This document shows positions 50,208 through 59,229 of a stretch of 64,000 bases of DNA, piece by piece. Below the pieces are notes generated by a model, which saw only the letters and a list, made by a program, of their open reading frames with translations, made no database searches and was not told where the DNA came from. The position numbers and the translations under genes were made by a program. This DNA comes from Nitrosopumilus sp. (GTDB lineage: Archaea; Thermoproteota; Nitrososphaeria; Nitrososphaerales; Nitrosopumilaceae): the NCBI GenBank assembly GCA_963667665.2, contig OY763927.2:288001-352000 (forward strand), written 5' to 3'. How positions within the stretch are numbered: the first letter of the stretch is position 1; each line of letters begins with the position of its first letter.

Positions 50208-51131
50208 CTTCAGAATTTAATAGATTTTTCTCATCAAAAACTCTAGCTAGTACATACAAACCAACATTTGTAAAATGTCTTTTAGATTTAGGAGATTTTC
50301 AAAAAGATGAAGGCGAACAATGGGTAAAAAAACATGAAGATTATCTTACAGTTGATCTAAATTTCATAGCAGTAAGATTTCTTAGATATTATCATCCTTT
50401 AAAATTCAAGTTTAAATTAAAACAAGAGGCAACAGCAAAAAGAATTGTCATATATAGAATTTTAGAAGATTTTAAAGAACTTGTAGGAATAAAGACTGCT
50501 CCATCAAAGAAGACATTATGTTCAGAACATTTTTCTGAAATGCGACAAATAACAATCAAAGAGGGAATCAAACCACAAGTTCTCAAGAAATTATTAAACG
50601 ATTGTAATATCTATTCTATAAACAAAGGCTCCAACAGTATTGAGATTAAAACAGATGTTGTAAAGTTCATGAAAGAAAACAAAAAAGTTCTTGAATCTGC
50701 ATTAAATCACATGATTGCAAAATATTTAGAAAATTGTAATGCATCCCCAAATATCTCTACTGCATTAGAAGAAATTATTCCAAGAAAAAAACTTAGTGTA
50801 CCGATATTTGATACAATAATTGATTTGCAATCTTCTCGATGTTTTTATTGTAACCAGAAATTTGATAGAAAAGAGTTTGCACAAGAACATTTCATCCCTT
50901 GGAATTTCATCAGACAAACAGAACCTTACAACATCATTGCAGCGTGTACCCCCTTGTAATTCTAGTGAAAATGATCGATTGGCCAGTGAAAAATACCTTG
51001 AAAACATCATTAAACGAAACAAGACTCTGGAGAAACTCCCTATGGGGTATTCTGAAGAGTTCATGAGAAACATGTATGGTATGTGTAGAATAGAATATCA
51101 CGGAATTAGTGAGAAACTATGGGAACTGTAA
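50204..51131 (+). pseudogene. HNH endonuclease split by an extra C in a C5 run
   Basis: STYK N-terminal motif, CFYC, EHFIPW and NIIAAC-TP-CNSS restored by removing one C at 50949-50953. Confidence 0.8.
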
Positions 51132-51448
51132 ATCACAATAAAGCAATCAGAGACAAAATTCCTGAAATAATCCGAGAATCCGGAAAAGAATGTAATGTAA
51201 AGACATTATCAGATGAAGAATTTTTGGAGAAATTAGAAGCAAAACTACATGAAGAAGTTTCTGAATACCAAGAAAGTAAATCTCTTGAGGAATTGGCAGA
51301 TATTTTAGAAGTAATTAACAGAATTTTAGAAATTAAAGGAATTCCAAAAAAGAAACTAGAAGAGATTAGAATAATGAAAAAAGATGAGCGTGGTGGCTTT
51401 GAGGAGAATTTGTTTTTAATTGATACTGAAGAAAAGAAAAAGGGATGA
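51119..51448 (+). CDS. MazG-like nucleoside triphosphate pyrophosphohydrolase
   Basis: NKAIRDKIPEII, KLHEEVSE, EELADILEV and K..ERGGF motifs. Confidence 0.9.
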   Translation: MGTVNHNKAIRDKIPEIIRESGKECNVKTLSDEEFLEKLEAKLHEEVSEYQESKSLEELADILEVINRILEIKGIPKKKLEEIRIMKKDERGGFEENLFLIDTEEKKKG

Positions 51449-52434
51449 AACCATACCATACATTCAAGAGTATTTCGCACATAGTTTATCAAGAAATTAA
51501 AGATTTTATCCAATTAAATTACAAAATTCAGATTTCTGCAAAAACTTCACCAGGCCTTGAAGAATCTTTTGACATTTTATCAGAGTCTATCAAAGTTCAT
51601 TACTATAAGAAAGGAAAATTACTTTTTCAATCAAGCCCAACAAACAAAACATATGCAAATTTGGTTTCTGATATTAATAAAAAATTTTCATTAAATACAT
51701 TTGATGAAATAGAAGAAAAACCAACTGAAATTCCTTCTGATGTAAAATATTACATCGGTTGTGATGAGTCTGGTGCTGGAGAAACCTTTGGATCAATGTT
51801 TCTAGGGTGTGTTATAGTTGATGCTGATAATTTAAAAAATATTCAACAAATTTTTGATATCCAAAATATCAAGATACTTGAAGAGCATGAAATACTTGAA
51901 AAATATGATGCAATCAAAAAGTACTGTAAAATTTTTGAAAAAAAATGTGATGCATCAGAAATTGATGAAACAAGCAAAAACACGCTTCTTGATCGAAAAT
52001 ACAAAGAATTGATAAATGATGCAATTTCGGGAAAAGAAAATGTATGTGTAATAATTGATGACTATGGAATTCAAAGAGAGTTAAAATTATTTTTGGATAA
52101 CCTTCGTTCTCAAGGAAATACAGTAATTATAGAACACAAGGCTGATGAAAAATATGCAGTATGTCAAGCTGCTTCAGTAGTTGCAAGAAAAGAAAGATTT
52201 GAAGAAATGAGAAATATCAATAAAGAATTTAGTGTGCAAGATGAAACAGGGGAAAAAATTTATCCAGGATCTGGTAATGCTGGAAACCCACAAACTGCAC
52301 AATATTTAGAAGCATTCATGAATCTATATCCCGGTAAAGAACTTCCAACTTTTGTAAGAAAGAAATGGAGTAATGCAAAAAAAATATTGAAAGAAAAATC
52401 TAATCAGAAAATTTCAAGATTTTTTAAAGAATAA
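51445..52434 (+). CDS. Ribonuclease HII/HIII family protein with TBP-like N-terminal domain and PIP box
   Basis: YKKGKLLFQ, IGCDESG.GE.FG, IDD, KADEKY..QAASVVAR and GSG motifs; C-terminal QKISRFF. Confidence 0.85.
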   Translation: MKPYHTFKSISHIVYQEIKDFIQLNYKIQISAKTSPGLEESFDILSESIKVHYYKKGKLLFQSSPTNKTYANLVSDINKKFSLNTFDEIEEKPTEIPSDVKYYIGCDESGAGETFGSMFLGCVIVDADNLKNIQQIFDIQNIKILEEHEILEKYDAIKKYCKIFEKKCDASEIDETSKNTLLDRKYKELINDAISGKENVCVIIDDYGIQRELKLFLDNLRSQGNTVIIEHKADEKYAVCQAASVVARKERFEEMRNINKEFSVQDETGEKIYPGSGNAGNPQTAQYLEAFMNLYPGKELPTFVRKKWSNAKKILKEKSNQKISRFFKE

Positions 52435-52451
52435 CTCTTTTGTTCTTTCAG

Positions 52452-52472
52452 ATGTGATTAATTGGGCTCAAA
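52452..52472 (+). repeat. Island boundary motif, copy 3
   Basis: ATGTGATTAATTGGGCTCAAA, identical to 45491-45511. Confidence 0.75.
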
Positions 52473-52532
52473 AACATGGATGTTAAAAGAAATCTTAAGT
52501 TCATATAAAATTTAGAATAAAGATGAGAAATA

Positions 52533-54743
52533 ATGTCTGAACAACTAGAAAAAATTTTTACATTTCCAGATGAATTTCCACCAATAACTACAGGATTATT
52601 ACTCGATGATGGGATAATTATTACAGGTCATTATAATGGATTTGTAGTAAAATGGAAAATTGGCTCAACGAAATATGATATACTTCATGATTGTGGCGAT
52701 AAAGTAGAAACTCTATCTAAATCTCCTACAAACCAAATTTTAGTTGGTTGTAATTCGGGGTTTCTATTCCATTTTGATCTTAATAATCCTACAGATAAAA
52801 TTATAATTCAAAAAGGAACAAATACAATATCATCTCGTATTTGGAGATCTGTATGGCCAACTGATGACACAATTCTAACAACTTCTACTTACGGTGGATT
52901 AAATTTATTCAATAAAACAGATTCAAAATGGAATAATGAATTATTATCAGGTCATTATCATAGCATTTTTGGAATTACTAATAAAAATGATAGATATGTT
53001 GTTTCAGGTGATTATAAAGGAAAAATAATAATTTGGGAAAAACATGATGATGGTTACAAATCTATTGATGAAGTAAATATTCAAGGCTCTGTAGAAGATA
53101 TTTCATGGATTAAAGAAGAGTCTTTTTCAGCAATTGATAATCTTGGCCACATCAATATTTTTGAATTAGATTCTACATCTGGATTATGGAAATCAATTGT
53201 TGGAGCTGATGTAGCTACTAGTAGAGGACATTGCATACATGTTATTAACAATGGAAAAACAGTTTTTGCTGGTACTGATACCGAGCTTATTCAATTTGAT
53301 CTTGATTCCCAACAAATTCAAACAAGTAATTTAGAAAAAATTAGAAAAATTTTTTCAGAAGGCAATCGAGTTTATGTACTTTCTGTAATTGGACTCTACT
53401 CATTTGAACCAAATAAAATACAAGTGCCTGTTGAACTTGTCAAATATCAATATGCTAAAGTTAGCCTCATTGGTCACACAGGAGTAGGTAAAAGTACATT
53501 ATGCAGTTCTATTGTTACTGGTTCAACGGATAATGTCAAATCTACTTTTGGAAAAAAGATTTGGACATGGAACTTACCCGATAACAATGATGGACCTGAA
53601 CAAAGAATAATTTTTCATGATCATGGTGGTCAAGAGACAGTTCTGGGTACATTTCTCCCGTTTCTCTCAGATTCAAATATAATTTTGGTATTTTTCAAAC
53701 AAACAGATAAAACTACATTTGATAAAGCCTATGAAATTATTAACGAATTAAAATCAATAGTTACCAAAAAATCTAAAATTTATCTTGTCCAGACACACAT
53801 CGATGAAGAGATTATCGATGTTGATGAAAGCCATATAGCTCAACTTATTGAATTAGGAGAAATTGTCAATTGCTTCAAAATATCACCAAAAACGGGTGAA
53901 GGAGTAGAAGAATTTTTGAAACAATTACAGAATGAAATTGACTGGTTGGAATCTAAAACGATGGCGCAATCTGAATATGTAGAAGGTCTCATGAAAACTA
54001 TCACCGATTTATCCATATTCGATGGTACAGTTGTAAGCTTTAATTCTGTAAAAAACTCTTTTCAAGAAAAAACATCTTTGAATATAACTACTGGTCATTT
54101 GAATTTTCTTTTAACTAACTTTAGTAATCAAGGATTTATTGAATATTATCCTGATGTTTTGAAATCAGTAATTTTCAATAATGATGAGTATAATAAACTA
54201 CGAAGTAATGTACCGATTTTGGTAGATCAGGCAAATGGAATTATTTCAATAAAAGAAATTGAATCTGTCTTCAAACCTTCAACGTACTTGCAGATCTTAG
54301 ATAATGTTTATTTGAGTTATTCTATTGCGATAAAAGATAACGATGTACGAATTTTTCCTGATAAACTTAAAACTGAAGGAAGTACTGTTAAGAAACCTTA
54401 TGAAGATTTTTTGAAAAAACCTAGTCATCAATTCGAGTATCTCTTTCCATTACAAAAAATAAAATTGTATAATCTAATTGGACCCTTAATTGAATTAAAA
54501 TTAAAATGCATTGATGCGTCTAAGTTTGATGGATTATTCGCCTGGGAAACAAATGCTTGTCTTTATTACTCAATTGGAGAAGTAGGTAATTCAATTACTG
54601 GAAGAAATTCTAAGATATCTTATTTTATAGGGGGAACTGATAAAAAAATTTGTGATAGACTAAACAATGAATTTTCATCTATATTGATGCGTCTCTTTGG
54701 TCATAACATTTCTCAAGACACACAAACTAGTACATTAAACTAA
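52533..54743 (+). CDS. WD40 beta-propeller + Roc GTPase + COR-like protein (ROCO family)
   Basis: WD-like repeats (GH...VSGDYKGKIIIW); G1 GHTGVGKS, G2 STFG, G3 DHGGQE, G4 THID, G5 SPK; COR-like QGFIEYY...VIF. Confidence 0.85.
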   Translation: MSEQLEKIFTFPDEFPPITTGLLLDDGIIITGHYNGFVVKWKIGSTKYDILHDCGDKVETLSKSPTNQILVGCNSGFLFHFDLNNPTDKIIIQKGTNTISSRIWRSVWPTDDTILTTSTYGGLNLFNKTDSKWNNELLSGHYHSIFGITNKNDRYVVSGDYKGKIIIWEKHDDGYKSIDEVNIQGSVEDISWIKEESFSAIDNLGHINIFELDSTSGLWKSIVGADVATSRGHCIHVINNGKTVFAGTDTELIQFDLDSQQIQTSNLEKIRKIFSEGNRVYVLSVIGLYSFEPNKIQVPVELVKYQYAKVSLIGHTGVGKSTLCSSIVTGSTDNVKSTFGKKIWTWNLPDNNDGPEQRIIFHDHGGQETVLGTFLPFLSDSNIILVFFKQTDKTTFDKAYEIINELKSIVTKKSKIYLVQTHIDEEIIDVDESHIAQLIELGEIVNCFKISPKTGEGVEEFLKQLQNEIDWLESKTMAQSEYVEGLMKTITDLSIFDGTVVSFNSVKNSFQEKTSLNITTGHLNFLLTNFSNQGFIEYYPDVLKSVIFNNDEYNKLRSNVPILVDQANGIISIKEIESVFKPSTYLQILDNVYLSYSIAIKDNDVRIFPDKLKTEGSTVKKPYEDFLKKPSHQFEYLFPLQKIKLYNLIGPLIELKLKCIDASKFDGLFAWETNACLYYSIGEVGNSITGRNSKISYFIGGTDKKICDRLNNEFSSILMRLFGHNISQDTQTSTLN

Positions 54744-54745
54744 AA

Positions 54746-55162
54746 ATGTTTGAATTTGATGTTGCACTTTCATTTGCAGGTGAGCAAAGAGTTTATGTTG
54801 AAAAAGTTGCATATTTTTTGCAAAACAAAGGACTCACTGTGTTTTATGATAAGTTTCATCAATCTCATCTGTGGGGTAAAGATTTATCGATATATCTTCA
54901 TGATGTTTTTTCTAACAAATCAAAATTTTGTATAATGTTTATTTCTAAAGAGTATATTGAAAAAGCTTGGCCTAGTCATGAAAGAGAAGCAGCGCTTCAA
55001 AAGCAAGTTGAAGTTGGAGGCGGTTATATTCTACCAGTGCGATTTGATGATACAGTGGTTCCTGGTCTTCCTGACAGTATCTCATATATTGATGCAAATA
55101 CCTACACCCCAGAAAATATTGCCAAAATGTTTTTAGAAAAATATGAGAATAAAAATACATAA
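54746..55162 (+). CDS. TIR domain protein
   Basis: FDVALSFAGE, VFYD, FISKEY, WPSHE (catalytic Glu position) and ILPV motifs. Confidence 0.92.
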   Translation: MFEFDVALSFAGEQRVYVEKVAYFLQNKGLTVFYDKFHQSHLWGKDLSIYLHDVFSNKSKFCIMFISKEYIEKAWPSHEREAALQKQVEVGGGYILPVRFDDTVVPGLPDSISYIDANTYTPENIAKMFLEKYENKNT

Positions 55163-55191
55163 TTTTCAATCATTATAATCAAATATCTTTA

Positions 55192-56400
55192 CTAACGAAT
55201 AATTTCCAAAATTTTCTCAGGTGGAATTTGCCCATAACTTTTTTTTAATTCATCAATGGTATGCCATTCTCCAACTTCTGCAATAATTCCATAGTTGTAG
55301 TTAGTTTTGGATAACCAGTAATGAGCACCAATATGCCTGAGTACGTGCGTAGAATGACTGAGAAAATAGTTAGTGTTTTTCCCCAAATGTTTGTAGATTT
55401 GAATTAATTTTTTTCTTATATCTATTTGAAATGCATATCTTGATTCATTTGATTCATAAATTTTATTGCAGCCTCTTGCACGAAGTAAATCAATACTTTG
55501 TTGTGTTTCTTTTTTTGTGATGTACTTTGTCCATTTTCCTCCTCTAATGTGTGATGTCTTTGATTCAATCGCAGACATAACATAGATTATTTTTTCACGG
55601 TTGTTGTATGTGGTATAGTCATTTGTCATTGTATATAGTGCACCAAATCTTGCACAAGATTCTATTCCAATCCAGAACCATCTGTAAATATCAGAATCAA
55701 TTCCCCATCTTTCTTTGATAAATGAATCAGCTTGCTCTAGTTCTGTAGTTGTTAGTCTAATGTCTGCATACAGTCCATGTGATAATACTTTTTGTGACAT
55801 TATTCCCCCAACTCCTTTTCTCCATGTAATGTTGTAAAATCCACAAAAGTCTCTTACTGCTTGTACTCTGGTATATACAACCCACTTTATTCCGTTAGGT
55901 CTGTTTCCTCTGGGATCTCTTGTATCTTTTTTTTGTGAACATAGTTGTGCAAAACTTCGCATAATTTTTTCAGTATTTCTTTGAGAGACTAACAAATCTG
56001 ATGGATGAATTGAACACGTATTGCATACTGATTCTAGTGAACGTAGACGAACTTTCCAGTTTCTTAGTGGTTCGACTCCCTTTCGAGTTATCAGATCATC
56101 TATCCATTCGGCAACTAGTATCTCTGATGTTATTGGATGATCTTTGTTGAATTGACGGAACTTTTTCTCTGATGGAATCTTTGGTAGAATGAATCTTCCT
56201 GTGTTAGTTTTCTCTAACTTCATTCTTTTCATATAGTTGTAGACTGTTTTTCTACACACTCCGAGCATCTTTGCTACCTCTGTCATTGGTATGGGATATG
56301 GTCTGGAACCTGTACCGTGAACCATATCTGATATCTCTGTAATTATCTGAGATTCAGATGCTCTCTTGCCGTGCAGGCGCATTCTGGGAACAAACTTCAC
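55192..56400 (-). CDS. Tyrosine recombinase/integrase with N-terminal HTH
   Basis: EVAKMLGVCRKTVYNY HTH; catalytic R (SCAR), HVLRH, W and Y (KSYG). Confidence 0.82.
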   Translation of the reverse strand: MKFVPRMRLHGKRASESQIITEISDMVHGTGSRPYPIPMTEVAKMLGVCRKTVYNYMKRMKLEKTNTGRFILPKIPSEKKFRQFNKDHPITSEILVAEWIDDLITRKGVEPLRNWKVRLRSLESVCNTCSIHPSDLLVSQRNTEKIMRSFAQLCSQKKDTRDPRGNRPNGIKWVVYTRVQAVRDFCGFYNITWRKGVGGIMSQKVLSHGLYADIRLTTTELEQADSFIKERWGIDSDIYRWFWIGIESCARFGALYTMTNDYTTYNNREKIIYVMSAIESKTSHIRGGKWTKYITKKETQQSIDLLRARGCNKIYESNESRYAFQIDIRKKLIQIYKHLGKNTNYFLSHSTHVLRHIGAHYWLSKTNYNYGIIAEVGEWHTIDELKKSYGQIPPEKILEIIR

Positions 56401-56527
56401 CTACTTACACCTCAGGCCAAGCCTCGAATTTTTTTTAGAAATTACTTTGTGTGTGCTATTTTCTAGAACCAACGAAAGTTAGTACCCAAATTAACGTATT
56501 TTAAAAGGACTTGAGATAAATTAACTT

Positions 56528-57019
56528 ATGACTACTAGAACCCAGGTAATCCTTCCTATTTTCATTGCAGCTGTAATAGTTGGAGTTGTTGGTTTGGCTA
56601 CTCTTCCAAGTGATATTAAATTAGAATCTGTTGAATTTCCTGTGGGCATCATCAAAGTTGATGATGTTCCTCTTCAAGTACAGATTGCTGATACTGAACC
56701 TAGACGCGTTCGTGGATTAATGTTTCAAGATCAACTTCCTTTAGATCAGGGAATGATCTTTGTGTTTCAACAATCTGGTCTTCATTCTCTATGGATGCTT
56801 AACATGCAATTCTCTCTTGATATGATTTGGTTTGATCAAGACGGAAAAGTTGTGCATATTGAAAAAGATGTTCCACCATGTAAAAATGCATTAGAAATTA
56901 TAACCTGTCAAAGTATTATTCCTGAAGGTGAATCAGTTTATGTTCTTGAGGTTACTTCAGGATTTGTTGAAGAAAATAACATTACAAAAGATTCAATTTT
57001 GAGTATTATCTCCATTTAG
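56528..57019 (+). CDS. DUF192 family protein
   Basis: IADT..RR.RGLMF, GMIFVF, WM.NM.F.LD and YVLE motifs. Confidence 0.92.
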   Translation: MTTRTQVILPIFIAAVIVGVVGLATLPSDIKLESVEFPVGIIKVDDVPLQVQIADTEPRRVRGLMFQDQLPLDQGMIFVFQQSGLHSLWMLNMQFSLDMIWFDQDGKVVHIEKDVPPCKNALEIITCQSIIPEGESVYVLEVTSGFVEENNITKDSILSIISI

Positions 57020-57060
57020 AATTGCAAAAACTTATCATAGAATGATAAAATCTGTATTTT

Positions 57061-57693
57061 ATGAACAAGTTGATTTTAATTTTCGTTATTGTTGGTATTG
57101 CAGTAATAATTTCTGCCTCATTGCTTTTAATTTCTGAAAACCCATCAGTTCCTCAATCAAAACCAATCTATGAAGTGGGTTTTACTTTTAATGATGTTGA
57201 CAAAATTAAAAAATCTCTGTCAACACAAAAAATTTTCATGTCTTCTCCAATCGAAATCACTGATCATACTATAGGTAAATATTGTCCCTCCTTTGCCGAT
57301 ATTCAAAACCCCATTAATCATTGTGCTACTACTGTTATCACAGACATTAATGGAAACTCTCTCGGAAATATCAACATGGGTGGAACTACTGATGGCCCAA
57401 TTATGGCATTAGCCATTATTGACTCATCTCCATTTTTAGATTCAAAACAAGATACAGTTAACTATGTTTTTCAAACAATGATTGAAACCTTGGTGTGTGA
57501 TTGCTGGGAAGAAAAACAGCCTGGAGGCTTTGAATCAGTTAGTGCATGGCTAGATGTTGCTGCAGAAAAATATGCTGAATCTCCTCAAAGTACACTCACA
57601 TCAAAAATTGAAGGCCTAGAAAATATGAAAGTGATTTTGAAGATAAAATCTACAAATGAAAATTATCTATGGACATTAATTGTACTCAAGTAA
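57061..57693 (+). CDS. Membrane-anchored hypothetical protein
   Basis: N-terminal TM; 210-aa ORF. Confidence 0.75.
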   Translation: MNKLILIFVIVGIAVIISASLLLISENPSVPQSKPIYEVGFTFNDVDKIKKSLSTQKIFMSSPIEITDHTIGKYCPSFADIQNPINHCATTVITDINGNSLGNINMGGTTDGPIMALAIIDSSPFLDSKQDTVNYVFQTMIETLVCDCWEEKQPGGFESVSAWLDVAAEKYAESPQSTLTSKIEGLENMKVILKIKSTNENYLWTLIVLK

Positions 57694-57758
57694 GTCTAAT
57701 TAGACATCACAAAGTGTTAGTAATAACGTAACAAAATCTGCCAAAATTGATGGTTTAC

Positions 57759-57793
57759 CAATATGTTTCGAGCCTAAAATGTTTTTCAATCTA
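57759..57793 (+). repeat. Imperfect 35-bp direct repeat, left copy
   Basis: CAATATGTTTCGAGCCTAAAATGTTTTTCAATCTA; 29/35 identical to 59125-59159. Confidence 0.55.
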
Positions 57794-57871
57794 GTAGATG
57801 TATAGAGGATTTTTCTCTCTTTATTGATCCAAGTTAAGTAAAAGATTCACGTTATTTTGTTGATTGTGAAA

Positions 57872-58249
57872 ATGAGTGAAATTCTACAGTTACTCAATAT
57901 TGTAAAAGAAGCATCTTGTGATATTTACCAGGACTTAGGAGCTGGATATAATGAAACTGTCTATGAAGAAGCATTAGCAGTATAGTTTAGAGCTCGAAAG
58001 CTAAAGTACAATGTAGAAGCAAATGCAGAAATTTTCTATAAAGGTATCAAGGTCGGTATTCATAGACTTGATTTTATTGTAGAGAAGAAATTAGTTGTAG
58101 AACTAAAGGCTCAACCTAAACTAACTGCATCCCATGTAGGACAAACTATTTCATATCTGAAAACACTTAATCTACCAAATGGAATTTTAGTTAATTTTCC
58201 TTATCCAGATAAACCAAAACCTGTTTTCAAAGAAGTTAATGTGTTTTAA
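57872..58249 (+). pseudogene. GxxExxY family protein with an in-frame TAG
   Basis: LGAGYNETVYEEALAV*FR...RLDFIVE...VELKA...SYL...GILVNF; TAG at 57983. Confidence 0.85.
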
Positions 58250-58278
58250 TTAATTCTAAATGTACAGGTTATTATGTT

Positions 58279-58548
58279 CTATTTTAATGGAAGAGTATCA
58301 ACAATGTGAATTTGTTTTTCTTTCATGAAATATGCACATCGCAAAACGACGTCTTCTTCTTCAACATAGACTTTGAAACCTTCTCCACAAGAATAGTAAT
58401 TCATTGACCCCATAGATCTTGTCATGTTTCTAATAGCTTCTATCTCTCTTACGTAATACGCAAAAGTTTTTCCGTCTTCTGAACCACGTGCTCGGATCCA
58501 GCTGATAATTTGTGAACTGATGTAAACAATCCAACCATTAGATGACAT
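58279..58548 (-). CDS. Hypothetical protein, possibly RelE/ParE-like
   Basis: WIVYIS N-terminal strand and LRCAYFMKEKQIHIV C-terminal pattern. Confidence 0.5.
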   Translation of the reverse strand: MSSNGWIVYISSQIISWIRARGSEDGKTFAYYVREIEAIRNMTRSMGSMNYYSCGEGFKVYVEEEDVVLRCAYFMKEKQIHIVDTLPLK

Positions 58549-58655
58549 GCAAATTTCTTGACGTTAAGTTCCAGTTAAACGTTATGTGTAATCACGCCAA
58601 GTGTATTGACATTTCTGACAACGATAAAATCTGTTTGTAGTAAGATAGTAAGTGT

Positions 58656-58787
58656 TTAGGCGTCTAGAATTTCTTTTAGATCCCCAGTGTATTTCATTGG
58701 AGTTATGGTGCCATTTCTGACTTTTTCTTTGTATGCTTGCATAGCTTTGGTATCCTCATTTTCCCATGTTATGTTTTGTTTTTGCAT
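58656..58787 (-). CDS. Small protein (43 aa), possible antitoxin
   Basis: MQKQNITWENEDTKAMQAYKEKVRNGTITPMKYTGDLKEILDA; upstream of the RelE-like ORF. Confidence 0.4.
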   Translation of the reverse strand: MQKQNITWENEDTKAMQAYKEKVRNGTITPMKYTGDLKEILDA

Positions 58788-58955
58788 ATTAAATCGAATG
58801 CCATATAGCATATAATGATTTAGATTTTAAAATCAGTGAATCTGATCAGATTTCCTTAGGTAGTTCTAGTCGTAAAGTGGTAAAGTGTACTTAAAGAAAT
58901 CCATAAATTCTTAATTTCAGGATCAACAGTTACTTCGATGCTCTGTTACTCTATT

Positions 58956-59015
58956 ACTACTTAGGCGTTAAGACTACTTAGACACCTAAGTGGTAAGACT
59001 ACTTAGATACCTAAG
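58956..59015. repeat. Tandem palindromic units with 25-bp period
   Basis: TAAGACTACTTAGA(C/T)ACCTAAG at 58969 and 58994, plus partial ACTACTTAGGCGTTAAG. Confidence 0.75.
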
Positions 59016-59124
59016 AAAAAAGTGGAAGTTTGCCTCTTTGCTAGCTGAGGGGACCTCACTAGAACATCTCTTTGAGTACGTGATTATAATATTTACAAAT
59101 TTGAGGCTCAATGTCCTGGGTTGG

Positions 59125-59159
59125 CAATATGTTTTGAGTGTAAATTATTCTTCAATCTA
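59125..59159 (+). repeat. Imperfect 35-bp direct repeat, right copy
   Basis: CAATATGTTTTGAGTGTAAATTATTCTTCAATCTA. Confidence 0.55.
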
Positions 59160-59229
59160 ACTAATCCAAATTATTATTATTAACAAACTGTATCTAGTAA
59201 GTCTAATTATATACAACAAAATTCTTTGA

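Larger units (their letters stand above)
45476..56400. mobile_element. Integrase-associated candidate defence island (boundaries approximate)
   Basis: Cluster of TIR, ROCO, HNH, MazG, 2H and Hsp70-peptidase genes next to a tyrosine recombinase, flanked by ordinary Nitrosopumilaceae-type genes. Confidence 0.65.

Noticed and set aside
56400-56527. attR or tRNA target next to the integrase
   Set aside because: No tRNA fragment and no convincing direct repeat matching the left side of the island found by eye.
57983-57985. Pyrrolysine/amber readthrough in the GxxExxY gene
   Set aside because: The TAG is most simply a GAG-to-TAG mutation at a Glu position; no pyl genes are visible and none are known to me in this lineage.
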